Shown piece after piece: positions 9,022 through 19,644 of a DNA stretch of 53,371 nt. Under the pieces are notes generated by a model. It did no database searches. It was not told where the DNA came from and was given only the letters and a program-made list of their open reading frames with translations. Every line of letters begins with the position of its first letter. Position 1 is the first letter of the stretch. The stretch spans positions 1 to 53,371 of the forward strand of contig CAZLEV010000004.1 in NCBI GenBank assembly GCA_964558645.1. The letters are read 5' to 3'. This DNA is from an uncultured archaeon (GTDB lineage: Archaea; Asgardarchaeota; Thorarchaeia; Thorarchaeales; Thorarchaeaceae). The position numbers and the translations under genes are program-made.

Positions 9022-9135
9022 TCAGTCCAAGTTACCCAGTGCCTTGAGGCGTTCCTTGACCTTCCTCTCATCCTCTTCCGTGAAGGGATTGGTCGCCTCG
9101 TAGATTCTCAACCAGCTCTGTGCCGCGATGCCCAT
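9022..9135 (-). pseudogene. C-terminal remnant with an 'EE...VKERLKALG.L' tail typical of sulfatase/phosphodiesterase/APS-kinase-associated proteins
   Basis: Translates MGIAAQSWLRIYEATNPFTEEDERKVKERLKALGNLD* (37 aa). Confidence 0.6.
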
Positions 9136-9554
9136 CGTGAAAAGAACCTACACGCATTTAATGATTTCTTCCAATTCAGTATGGCTGTATAGACCACAAT
9201 GAGTTGTCAGATGACATCAACACTTGAAGCGTTGAGAGAGTTTCGGGGATGACGCCTTCGCCGTAGCATATGCCCTGCATCCTCCAGTTTGTTCTTCGCG
9301 GGATTCCTCCCTTGGATTGAGTATAACGTGGGCATCCTACAGTCGATGAAAGCCTTGGTGATCTGGAAACGAAAAGCCGCATCATTGACCTGCAGAAATG
9401 CTATAACATACGAATGTAGAAGCAAGAATGGAGCTGAACGTTCATTGAGGTGCATTTGCCCATACTACTCTCCCTGGTCTTTAGTTGTGTTCGTCTTTCG
9501 GATTTTTGATAGCATGAGAGAGTTGTGCAAAAGGCTTCATCTGGGGGAATGTAG

Positions 9555-10259
9555 ATGCCGTTAGATGACTACTCTGGCAAAACCTTTGTTGCATACTTAG
9601 ATATATCAGGATTCAAGAAACTAATGGATGATGGTGATAGAGCTGAAACCGCCCTAGATACCTTATATCAAAAAGGATATGAAATCCTAAGAAATCAAGA
9701 TGATGGATGCAGAGTTGAGGGTCTGTTTATCTCTGACTGCGGTGTGCTGTTTGCTCGGAGAGATGGCAAAGACAGGACAAATGCTACAGAATGCCTGAAA
9801 GCACTTCTGAGGATAATACAGACAGTCAACAAGAGAATGCTAGAGAATGGCTTCATGTTGACCACATCGATTGCTTTCGGGAAATTCAGATATCAAGGGA
9901 AAGAGGAGTTCAAAGGAATCAATAAGACACCGCTTTACGGTCATGCATATGTTTCTGCCTTTCTGGACAATGAATCCGGAAGGCCAAAGATCAAACCCGG
10001 ACAATGTCGCATTATGAAAAGGGGACTTCCTAAAGAAGTAAAGGATATAATTGGACAGAATGAATGTGAAAATGACTTCAAGACTGTTAGAGAAGAAGAC
10101 AATCATTATTACTATTACTGGATGTGCGACAATCCAAATCAAATTAGGGAAATAAACCGGAAGTATGAAGAAGCGTATAACTCGAAATATGAGAGAATTC
10201 TCGAGGCTCTCGAAGGGAGTGTCAATCATCAGCATTCTCAAAGCAGCCCAGGATTATGA
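9555..10259 (+). CDS. Stand-alone class III nucleotidyl (adenylate/guanylate) cyclase-like protein
   Basis: FVAYLDISGFK (first metal-binding Asp), FISDCGVL (second Asp), TTSIAFG and LYGHAYVSAF motifs; visibly AT-richer than its flanks. Confidence 0.7.
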   Translation: MPLDDYSGKTFVAYLDISGFKKLMDDGDRAETALDTLYQKGYEILRNQDDGCRVEGLFISDCGVLFARRDGKDRTNATECLKALLRIIQTVNKRMLENGFMLTTSIAFGKFRYQGKEEFKGINKTPLYGHAYVSAFLDNESGRPKIKPGQCRIMKRGLPKEVKDIIGQNECENDFKTVREEDNHYYYYWMCDNPNQIREINRKYEEAYNSKYERILEALEGSVNHQHSQSSPGL

Positions 10260-11058
10260 TAATCTGCAATCCTCTGATGAGGATTATCAACACCTCAATC
10301 GAAACAATAGGAGTCTTTCCTACTTCCTCGTTGTCCTGGTCACGTATGAAGATGTCAATCTTGTTTGCTAAGCCCTCCACCAGATACTCGCCTATCTCAG
10401 GAATCTCCGTTGCGCGACTAACAAGTTCATATCCTTGGCTTTATTCAGGCCCTCCAATCATGGCTACCTAGCTTGCGTGAGCAGCGGGAGTCCAAGGAAT
10501 GCACCGAGAGAAGGCATCTCTTAGGAAACAAATGTCAACTCTAGTAAGTGTAGAGGTGTTAGAAATGAAAGTCACATGCATCGCAAATGATGGCCTGCAT
10601 ACTAGAAAATGGGTGAATTGTGCATGTAAGAAACGTCTGCAGGTAGTATGGGTAATACCAGCCGGATTACAAGGTAGAATTCATTGAGGCCCAGGAGGAC
10701 GAAGAGAGCGGGGAGGGGACAGTCAGGAGGTGCCCCTAGGGTGTTGGATCGGGTGGGGACCATAGTACGAAGCTTCATAAGCTCATGGAGCAAGAACTGA
10801 AGACGATGAAACCTGGCTGCGTCATATGATGCGTAGTAGTTCATGAATCATGTGAACCAGCCGGTCTGGTCACATATCTTTGTATTACTCTCCCGACTTT
10901 TCACACAGAGCTGACAACTGGAGAAATCCATGGTAGACCAGATGCACTTGTGTCAGAGCGCATCCAGGACTTCTTCACGAGCAAGAGAGAAGGAGAGTTC
11001 CCGATAATCCCGAAGGATTTCACAACCTCTTTTCTTACGGTTAGCATGTAAGGTTGTT

Positions 11059-12438
11059 GTGTTTCAGAGCAGAATGCTTAAACGAAGATCCCCTCACAGA
11101 TTGCTTATGCCGCCTCTTAGTCGAGCCATATTCATCTTAGCACATGAACTCATGAGTCCCGGGTTCTATTCGATGTATAGAGGTTTGCTACAAAACCAGT
11201 GGAAACCGCCTGCTCATCTCCAAAAGGCACAAGACATGTCCTTACGCAGGATGATTAGGTACTGCTATGAACGTATCCCGTTCTACAAGAGGCACCTAGA
11301 TAAGGCAAATGTAGAACCAAGTCAAATCCATGGATTTGAGGATCTTGAAAGGATTCCACCAATAACGAAGGAAGACATTAGAAGGAACAAAGAATCATTC
11401 TGGCCTCAAGAACACAGCCCGAGTTACTACATTCGCAATACGGGTGGCACGACCGGCACGCCTCTTAGGTATAAGATATCTCGTCGTGAAAGATTTCTTG
11501 GTGCATCAATTCTCTACAGAGGTTGGTCAGCAGGCGGATACAGATTGGGGGATCCAATCCTGTTCCTCGCGGGCTCATCATTGTTGCCAAATGTTGAATC
11601 CCGAGTTATGAAGCGGCTCAATGAAATCTCTAGAAACACGAAATTCCTGTCAGCCTTTAGCATGGATGACGAACAACTCGAATGTTACGCAGACGTCTTG
11701 CAGTCTTGGAAACCAAGATTCCTACGGGGATATCCATCTGCACTTTCCGAATTCGTTGACTTTCTGGAGGAAGGAGGCTTTGATAATCCCCCCATCAAGG
11801 CCATATTCACAACCTCAGAGAAGCTGTTCCCAAAGGTAAGAGGAAAGCTAGGAAGCTTCTTCGAAGCGAGAGTATTCGATGGTTATGGAGCCAACGACGG
11901 AGGCATTAGTACCTTCGAGTGTGAAGAAGGACATATCCATATAGACATGGAGCGCAGCATCCTTGAGGTTGTTGATAAAGACAACCATCAGATTGAGGAA
12001 GGGGAGGGAGAAGTCTTGGCAACAAGTCTTCACAATTATGCAATGCCATTCATCCGATACAAGATTGGTGATAGGGCGGTAATTACCTCTGAGATGTGTA
12101 GTTGTGGCCGTGGACTCCCACTCCTGCAAGAGATTATTGGTAGAAGCGTTTCCATCTTTGTTACTCCAGACGGTTCAACAGTCCATGGATGGTTTTTCCT
12201 GTATATCTTCTGGGAAATAGGTGAAGAAGTCGCGAGATATAGGGTCACTCAAAAGACAAGGGAAGATGTATCCATTCAGGTTGTCCCGGGACCTAGTTTC
12301 TCTCCTTCGACGACTAAACGCATTAGCAAGCTGGTCAAATCAAAGTGTGCTGACTGGACTGTTGATATTCAAGTTGTGGATTCAATACCAGAATCGCCTT
12401 CAGGAAAACGAATCTTCGTTGAGAGTGAAGTAATATAG
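11059..12438 (+). CDS. Phenylacetate-CoA ligase family / CapK-like adenylate-forming enzyme
   Basis: TGGTTGTP, LRGYPS, DGYGAND, MPFIRYKIGD and SPSGK motifs; polysaccharide-cluster context. Confidence 0.9.
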   Translation: MFQSRMLKRRSPHRLLMPPLSRAIFILAHELMSPGFYSMYRGLLQNQWKPPAHLQKAQDMSLRRMIRYCYERIPFYKRHLDKANVEPSQIHGFEDLERIPPITKEDIRRNKESFWPQEHSPSYYIRNTGGTTGTPLRYKISRRERFLGASILYRGWSAGGYRLGDPILFLAGSSLLPNVESRVMKRLNEISRNTKFLSAFSMDDEQLECYADVLQSWKPRFLRGYPSALSEFVDFLEEGGFDNPPIKAIFTTSEKLFPKVRGKLGSFFEARVFDGYGANDGGISTFECEEGHIHIDMERSILEVVDKDNHQIEEGEGEVLATSLHNYAMPFIRYKIGDRAVITSEMCSCGRGLPLLQEIIGRSVSIFVTPDGSTVHGWFFLYIFWEIGEEVARYRVTQKTREDVSIQVVPGPSFSPSTTKRISKLVKSKCADWTVDIQVVDSIPESPSGKRIFVESEVI

Positions 12439-12849
12439 GTGGCATCTGTCCTGATTAGAGTTATCCTGTGATGTACCATAAGGACCGATAATCTTGAGAG
12501 GCAGAAAAGGGAGGGGTAAAATAACACACAGACCATCATGTCTACAGAATGCATTAGTTAAGACCGACAGCCATGAAACATCCTAATCAGCTGGAAATGT
12601 AACGGGTTGTCTGCTCGCAACGATGCGCTAGCTAATCATCTGATACTAGTACTGCAAGAAAATGTAAGTAGGTGATATTCTCAATGAAGTAGTCTAAGTA
12701 TTTGATCCTTGAGCAAATCAAGACTCAAACTATCTGCAGGCACTTCATCGGAGCGAGAGATGCGGTTTCCAAATGAGAGCCGCGTAACTATTATATCAGA
12801 AGAATTGCTCGACTGAAATCAGAGTATACGCGATTCGGAAGGATTTGCA

Positions 12850-13947
12850 TTGCGACTGCTGATAGTATGTGGAATGTCTGATAGAGGAGAAGCAGAATTC
12901 AGCCACATATGGGCAAGTATTGAAGGTATTGATGACATTCTCGTAGTAAGAGAAAAGGAGGGCATTCCTTACAAGAAAGTGCGCTACTATGCATTACCTC
13001 GAATTCTCAAAAGATTCTCCATGATCAAGTCGATTATTCAGCTGCTCGCAGCAGTCATACTATCACTTACTACTAGACCCGACATAATTTGTTCTGTGCA
13101 GATGAACCCTCACGGTTACTATGGGTATCTAATCTCAAGAGTTGTTAGAAAACCATTGATCCTACATCTTGTCAGCGAGTCACAAGGCGGGTTGAAGGGC
13201 TTCGGTGGAGGGGACAGTCGTTTCAGCATCCTCAGAAGCCGCGTTGCACTTCAGGCGGCAAAACACGCGTCGGCCATAACCACTACTGGAGAAAGGACGA
13301 AGAAGCATTTGATAGGGTTGGGCATTGATGCAGACAAGGTCATCACCGCACCTTCCACAACGGGTTCCACCTCGTTCTTCGCTCTGGACACTCCCAAGAT
13401 TTACGACATGATTATGGTTACAAGGTTCCATCCGGTCAAGAGAGTAGATATCTTCCTAAAGGTCTTAGAAACCGTTTCAGAACAACGAGATGTGGTCGCA
13501 GCAATAGCTGGCACCGGACCGCTACAAGCATCCATGATGGATTTGTCTCGAAGACTTGGTATTTCGAAAAGACTGAGATTCTTAGGCCAGTTATCCAAGG
13601 CAGAAATAAACTTGACACTGAACCAGTCAAAGGTCTTTCTGCTAACATCAGAAACCGAGGGTTTTCCAAAGGTTGTCGCGGAATCTCTCTGCGCAGGAAC
13701 GCCTGTTGTTTCTGCTGACGTCGGGGACATCGGGGCTCTTCTGACTGATGGAAAAGATGGGTTTCTTATCTCCCCATTCGATGATATTGAGCATTACGCA
13801 TCACACGTAGTTGAGCTAATTGCTGATGAAGAACTCAGGGAGAGAATCAGCCGCCAAGGTCAATGCCTATGCAAGACAACACTCAGTGAGTCACACAGGG
13901 TATCAATCTTCCGGAACCTGCTTGGCATTGTTAGTATCAAGTTGTAG
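12850..13947 (+). CDS. Glycosyltransferase family 4
   Basis: RFHPVKR and TSETEGFPKVVAESLCAGTPVVSADVG motifs. Confidence 0.9.
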   Translation: MRLLIVCGMSDRGEAEFSHIWASIEGIDDILVVREKEGIPYKKVRYYALPRILKRFSMIKSIIQLLAAVILSLTTRPDIICSVQMNPHGYYGYLISRVVRKPLILHLVSESQGGLKGFGGGDSRFSILRSRVALQAAKHASAITTTGERTKKHLIGLGIDADKVITAPSTTGSTSFFALDTPKIYDMIMVTRFHPVKRVDIFLKVLETVSEQRDVVAAIAGTGPLQASMMDLSRRLGISKRLRFLGQLSKAEINLTLNQSKVFLLTSETEGFPKVVAESLCAGTPVVSADVGDIGALLTDGKDGFLISPFDDIEHYASHVVELIADEELRERISRQGQCLCKTTLSESHRVSIFRNLLGIVSIKL

Positions 13948-14255
13948 CGTTTTCAGGAACTTGTTAGATAGAACAGTGACTGACACAATGCATTTGTATT
14001 AAGGGGGTCAAGAGCATGTGGGCCGCACCAGTTGATGCTATCCCGAATATACTTATGTCTTGAACAGAACTGGCGCGGCATGAACAGTGATTATATGGTG
14101 TCTGTACAGTTCTAGTTTCGGAGGTGCTATCCTGGCCGAAACCAAGAGGATAATAGAGGAGAGATTGTTGGTTTTGGGTGATAGGCATGATTCTTTTGTG
14201 GGCCCGAGAAAAACCAGAATAAATATCGAATTGAATTGATGGGAGTATTCTAACT

Positions 14256-15362
14256 ATGGACGGTCATGACCACTTCAGAGTGATTAGTGTTGGCGACTTG
14301 ATGATTGGTGAACACCCTTTATCTATTGGTCGAGGTGTTCTGACCTCTTGGCTAGACCATGGAAGAGAACCTTTCGCGCTTATCAGCAAGCAACTACTTG
14401 AAGGAAACATAGTGCTTGGAAACCTAGAATCAGTCATATCAGATGTGAGTGAAAAGCAAGGATATGCAGGTCGAAGCTTGAGGGCTCCGCCAATCGCTGC
14501 ATCGCTTCTAAAGGCGGCCGGTTTTTCCGTTCTCTCCATAGCGAACAACCATGCATTGGACCACGGTCCGAGTGCTTTCGACAGAACCTGTCAGGCTCTG
14601 CAAACAAACGGAATAGAACCATGTGGTCTTTATTCCGACCCCGTAGTCAAGACACTCCACTCTGAAGATGGTGACATAACGCTTCGAGTTGCCATTTTCG
14701 GGGCCTCGTTCAGACCCAATCACATGGCCTCTAAACCCCCGTACCGGCTTATCTCAAACAGTAATCTTCAGAGGAAGTTTGTAGGTGGTGTGCGTGATGC
14801 CTCAAGAGAGAACGACATTGTGATTCTCCAATGTCACTGGGGTGATGAATTCATTCACATCCCTAGTCCTCTTCAACGTAAGTGGGCGACCGAGCTTATT
14901 GACGCGGGAGCAGATATCATCATCGGGCATCATCCACACGTATATCAAGGAATGGAAGTCATTCGGGGGAAGCCCGTCTATTACTCATTGGGTAATTTCT
15001 TGTCTGACATGACTCAGCCCTATCTTAGGCTTTCAGCGATGGGGCAGATCGATATCGACTCTGAGAAACAAATTAGGTCAACCCGAAAGCCGGTTAGGCT
15101 AGATCATCATCATAGACCCAGATTATCAGAGGATGTGTCAGACAGAGGATTCCTTGACCATGTCGATGAACTAGTTAGTTCATTTTGGGACACTAATAGC
15201 AGTCGCGACTATCAGAAGCTAGCGAAACGCGCTAGAGCTAGGTACAGGAGAGACATTCGCCGCGAGTTCTTGTTTGGCCATGACAAGCCGATGAAGAAAA
15301 TCTGGTTGGCTCTAGACCACATTGGAAGGTTGTTAATGAGAATACCGGGCTTTCCTGATTGA
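14256..15362 (+). CDS. CapA/PgsA family (poly-gamma-glutamate synthesis-like) metallophosphoesterase
   Basis: VGDLM, GNLES, ANNHALDHG, HWGDE, GHHPHV and YSLGNF motifs. Confidence 0.9.
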   Translation: MDGHDHFRVISVGDLMIGEHPLSIGRGVLTSWLDHGREPFALISKQLLEGNIVLGNLESVISDVSEKQGYAGRSLRAPPIAASLLKAAGFSVLSIANNHALDHGPSAFDRTCQALQTNGIEPCGLYSDPVVKTLHSEDGDITLRVAIFGASFRPNHMASKPPYRLISNSNLQRKFVGGVRDASRENDIVILQCHWGDEFIHIPSPLQRKWATELIDAGADIIIGHHPHVYQGMEVIRGKPVYYSLGNFLSDMTQPYLRLSAMGQIDIDSEKQIRSTRKPVRLDHHHRPRLSEDVSDRGFLDHVDELVSSFWDTNSSRDYQKLAKRARARYRRDIRREFLFGHDKPMKKIWLALDHIGRLLMRIPGFPD

Positions 15363-16061
15363 ATCAAAGTAATGACGGATAGCAAGAATGTAACGACGTG
15401 ATATTATGGCAACGAAGTTCTCAGATCCGAACACTATGACGTGCGAGTGGGGAAACATCTGGTACTGAAACCAGTCGGAAATCTGTTGAAAAGAGCAGCA
15501 ATGTCATACGAGTCAAAGCAATCAGCCAGATTGATTCTGTTTGCTGATAGCTGTTCAGAAGGGCATTACGATAATACAAGGAATCAGATGCGGCATGACC
15601 AAATCAGATGATTCTTGCCTTTTGATATGTTAGGGAACATGACCAAGGCCTGCCATTCTTCCTCCTGCTTAATGAGCTTGTCAGACTGTGTCATACCCTT
15701 TCAGACACAGACTCCATCGTAATCAAACTGTGCATTTCTCCCTATGCTCTTATCCTCATTTTCGAAAGCATTATGAATGCTGATTCTTACAGAAACCGTA
15801 TTCGGCATTCTGAAGTTGCGGTCTGAGATGCTGAGTTCGAGAGAGTACAAAGAATAGAAACACGAATTGCTCATTATAAGCATCACATGCAATATCGGGA
15901 GGCTGATATTCTCAATGTGTGCCATGAGGATAGTCATGCTAGAGGGTATACTCTGGAGGAATCTTAGTAACGACTCTTTAGTCGAGTCAGCCTATCACCT
16001 CTACGATGTACTTGCCAGCTCCAGAGAGCAAGGAAGAGAATCGTGCTGAAAGATTGATAGC

Positions 16062-16445
16062 ATGGCTAGACGCATAGACTCCGTTAATCCGGAACCATTA
16101 GTCGTGCTCGTGGTCACTTCCATAATTGCGGTACCTCTGATTGGTGCCGAAGGGGCGGGCATTGCTTTGGCTCTGCGATCCCTAATGGCCCTGTTTCTAT
16201 TGGTTTCCCTAGGGCAGAAGTACCTGCCTCTCCGAATCAGTAGATCTTTCATTGCAAAGTGGATCTGTGCGGTTGTTGCACTAATGATGCTGAATGCCAC
16301 ATTGACTTCACTTGACATTTCGAGTCTGATGACAGGAACCATCCTGAGTTGTGTTTTTCTGGCCTTCATCAAGGCCACCTGTGCACACAGTCTTGAGGAT
16401 ATCAAACAAATGATTCGTCTGCTCCGGCCTGAACCTCGCGAGTGA
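16062..16445 (+). pseudogene. C-terminal remnant of a flippase paralogous to 19645..21261
   Basis: LVVLVVTSIIAVPLIGAEGA...GQKYLPLRISRSFIAKW...AHSLEDIKQMIRLL aligns with LVVLIISCVIAVPVFGVTGA...GQRYLRISIPRSFFGKW...AHRLDDIKQMVCLL. Confidence 0.75.
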
Positions 16446-17358
16446 CAATGCATTGGTGCAAATATCCAACAGCTCCATAGCTTTGGGAATGGGCTGTATT
16501 GTTGTGTCTCTGATAAGCCTTAGAAGAGAGGACGACCATTATCAATTCTTAAACTCAAGCCTGCCCGGGAGTAGCTGGTAAGCGTCAGCAAAGACAACAA
16601 TGTCAGTTTCGTTAAGGAGAATACTTGAAGTATGCACCATATCTTGTAATCAGATAGATTACAAGAACTCCACTTCAGGGAAACAAATATGATTGTGCTT
16701 CCATAATCCCCATCTTGCAAGAAGCATAAAAATACAATGAATGATATACTGACTGGTGTGAAAGAATCCTGATTTGCATTCGAGATTCTTGTCCCCTCCT
16801 CGAAAGGCAAATATGTGCCAGGCAAAGGAATATGATTCGCCCGGGTAAAGTATATCCCATGAACCAGAAGCTCCGAACCTTCGAGGAAAAGAACTATGTT
16901 AAATGGCGCAGAACTGCCTTACTCCAAGAGGATGGGAAGAGTGATTAAACAAATGATTGATTGTTGCATTGATAGAAAACTAAAAGAAGCCCCATTCATG
17001 ACATCTTGCTCATTCTGTTTGCAGCGAATTTCTCGTTGACAATGTATCCGCATATCTGTGAACTAGATCCATTCTAGCTAGTGTACAAGCCACATGCTGG
17101 AAAAGAGAAACTACGGAAGTAACACCTGTTGACGGAGGTGCGTGTGAATCTGACTTGTAATATACACACGCATGGAAATGTGTCCAAAGCCCATTTCGTT
17201 CGCATCCGCATCTTTTGGTTTCAGAGTACAGGCCGTTATGACTCAGGTGACCCATGAGCTGTCTGTCATTATTGCATCTAGAAATCCCGATCGAATGATG
17301 CTATCCGCAAGAAGAAACTATAACCCACTGCTGACAACGTCCAACTTCATTCATTATT

Positions 17359-19380
17359 CTATGTGTTGAATGAGTACACAATGAAATGCTCGGTTTCATA
17401 AATCGGGTCCATTGATATAGTCCTAGAGAGCACACATACAGCATCACGGGCTGCCCCAAAAGGTCCGAAACACTCATCTATATCCTTGAGTGCAACGAAA
17501 TGGCTTATTCTTAGGTCTGATATCAGAGCCTGTGTCTTGGATTCGGTCCAATTACTCCCCATAATCTCATACCATAGATCGACCGCTCTTACAGGGTGTT
17601 CATAGACGTGTGTATTCATAATACCTTCAAGCCCCTTGAGAGTAGAGTTCTTGAGAGCATCGTCCCGGCTGAGATATCCAACAGCTAGGAGACTGATGCC
17701 GTGTCCATCCGCAAGTGCGTAGGCCTGAGCATAAGCCGCAACTCTGAGTTCAACTAACACATGTTGGCTAATCACAATCGAGGGAGCAATCCGAGAGTCA
17801 AGGTCTTGGCGTATGAACTCAGCAACATCTATCTCTTCCTCTGTTGGTACTCTTGCAGGGAACTCGCCACCAGAAAGCGCAGTCCGCATGTCGATATACG
17901 ATATGGCCACAATGAGAACCATAAGGGCAATCATCAAAGCTCTGATCTGGAGCTGGTTGATACTCAAACCCCGTAATGAATCCAAGGTCTTTCTTCCCCG
18001 GGGGGCTAGAACATAAAGGATTGATAGTAGCACAGAGGAAACTGTCACAAGCTCCGCATAGGGGCCAATTGGCCGCCAGAAGAGGTTGTACAGGTTGAAG
18101 TATATCAAAGACGGCAGCACACAGAGTACGATCCCCACTAACGACTTGAGCAAAGAACCCTGAAGGTGTTTCATGCCCCTAACCGAAAGAGCAACCACAA
18201 AGATTGCAGCGAAATGACGGGTATATGCAGGGTAAGCTATAAAATAGGATAAGGGGAGAAACACGAATAGGAGCAGACCCCATTCATCTATTCTTGTACC
18301 CCATTCAGGCACAGAGTGCCACATGTCTAACAGCAATCCAAGAAGCCCTATTCCTGAAAGGACAAGCAAAGGCCCATAGAATAGAGAGTAGTCTAAGCAG
18401 ACACTGATGACCATCCTTGTGCTATCTGGAACCGAGCTTGGTAACATGTCTGCAGGAATTACATTCTTGGGATATATGCCGAAGGTCAAAAAGCCCAACA
18501 CAAGGATTAGAGCTGATGCCATGATAAATGCAAATACCATGAATTGACCAGTGGGGATATTCTTGGATTCCGGGAGTCTTCGGATTCTCTGCATTACATA
18601 GGGATAGAGAACAGCTACGGCGACGAGGCCGAACAAGGCGATAGAGGCTCGATGAAACAACAGTAACAGCAGAACAACGGCTATTGCCTGAGCAAGGGCC
18701 CTCCTGCTTCCTCGATTCCACTGAAGAAGCAGATACACGAAGAGAGGTAACAGCGCCAGCAATGGCATTCGCGCACTTGCAGTATTGTATGTAAACTCGT
18801 ATACGATAGGGACGAATTGATAGAGCACTGTCCCGAGCATCTGCAGAGTCCGGGATGGAAACAGATGGCGCATTAGGATGGAGGTTGAAATAACTGATAC
18901 TATGCAGAAGAGTGAGACAAAGAGCATAGTTGCCGTCTCAAGTGAAGAGCCAGTAAGAATCAGCATAGATGCGAATAAAGCGACTGATCCAATGGGATAT
19001 CCAGAAAATGCAAACATGCCTAGAAAAGAGAGTGGGTGAATCAGCCAAGAAACGGCATTACCATTGATGAGTGAAAAGGACTCAGTAGCAAGAACAAACA
19101 TGTCCCGGCCCTGAACGTATGGAACACGGGGAATCCTCACTGCGATTGCCACAATCAATATGAGCAGCAGGACACCACAAGATGGCGCCCGTTTCTTCAA
19201 TCCTTTCGCATATCTTAGGTAATCCTTCGTTCTGGAAGTGTCTTGCATAGATTCAATTCGCCCAGACATGAAACTAGGAGCGGTTGGAAGGATTATAAAG
19301 ATGTCCTGACCAAGACCAGCAATCTTCTGAGCATTGTATCGCGAAACGTGAGAGGAGGATCTAATAGGATACGCGATCAC
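17359..19380 (-). CDS. Multi-pass membrane protein, probable GT-C-fold glycosyltransferase/polymerase
   Basis: More than 10 TM segments, an N-terminal loop (GRDMF...HPLSFLG.F..SGYP) and a soluble C-terminal domain. The true start is probably downstream of the ORF start. Confidence 0.65.
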   Translation of the reverse strand: MIAYPIRSSSHVSRYNAQKIAGLGQDIFIILPTAPSFMSGRIESMQDTSRTKDYLRYAKGLKKRAPSCGVLLLILIVAIAVRIPRVPYVQGRDMFVLATESFSLINGNAVSWLIHPLSFLGMFAFSGYPIGSVALFASMLILTGSSLETATMLFVSLFCIVSVISTSILMRHLFPSRTLQMLGTVLYQFVPIVYEFTYNTASARMPLLALLPLFVYLLLQWNRGSRRALAQAIAVVLLLLLFHRASIALFGLVAVAVLYPYVMQRIRRLPESKNIPTGQFMVFAFIMASALILVLGFLTFGIYPKNVIPADMLPSSVPDSTRMVISVCLDYSLFYGPLLVLSGIGLLGLLLDMWHSVPEWGTRIDEWGLLLFVFLPLSYFIAYPAYTRHFAAIFVVALSVRGMKHLQGSLLKSLVGIVLCVLPSLIYFNLYNLFWRPIGPYAELVTVSSVLLSILYVLAPRGRKTLDSLRGLSINQLQIRALMIALMVLIVAISYIDMRTALSGGEFPARVPTEEEIDVAEFIRQDLDSRIAPSIVISQHVLVELRVAAYAQAYALADGHGISLLAVGYLSRDDALKNSTLKGLEGIMNTHVYEHPVRAVDLWYEIMGSNWTESKTQALISDLRISHFVALKDIDECFGPFGAARDAVCVLSRTISMDPIYETEHFIVYSFNT

Positions 19381-19644
19381 GGATAATTGGTCAGATTATC
19401 GCGCGCATGATAATCGATAGAATACATCATCATCACCCATCCCTTGAGTTTCATCTCTTTATGACCAATCCGTCAGATTTCAAACAGCGGGATGCGCATG
19501 ATTGGATCCAATGTGATACCTTTCAGAAACAGGTTTGCTCTGATGGTTCTGTGCCATCCAACGGTTTCAGACTGCACTCTATCGGGCATGTCAACTTCGG
19601 AAGAATGTTCATATAAGCAATAGAACCCCACAGATTCCAAATCA

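Noticed and set aside
10850-10875. Hairpin ATGTGAACCAG-CCGGT-CTGGTCACAT
   Set aside because: Isolated, not seen repeated elsewhere, and no function can be supported.
16500-17010. Short hydrophobic minus-strand ORFs, possibly a decayed membrane gene
   Set aside because: No recognisable motif; cannot be supported without BLASTX.
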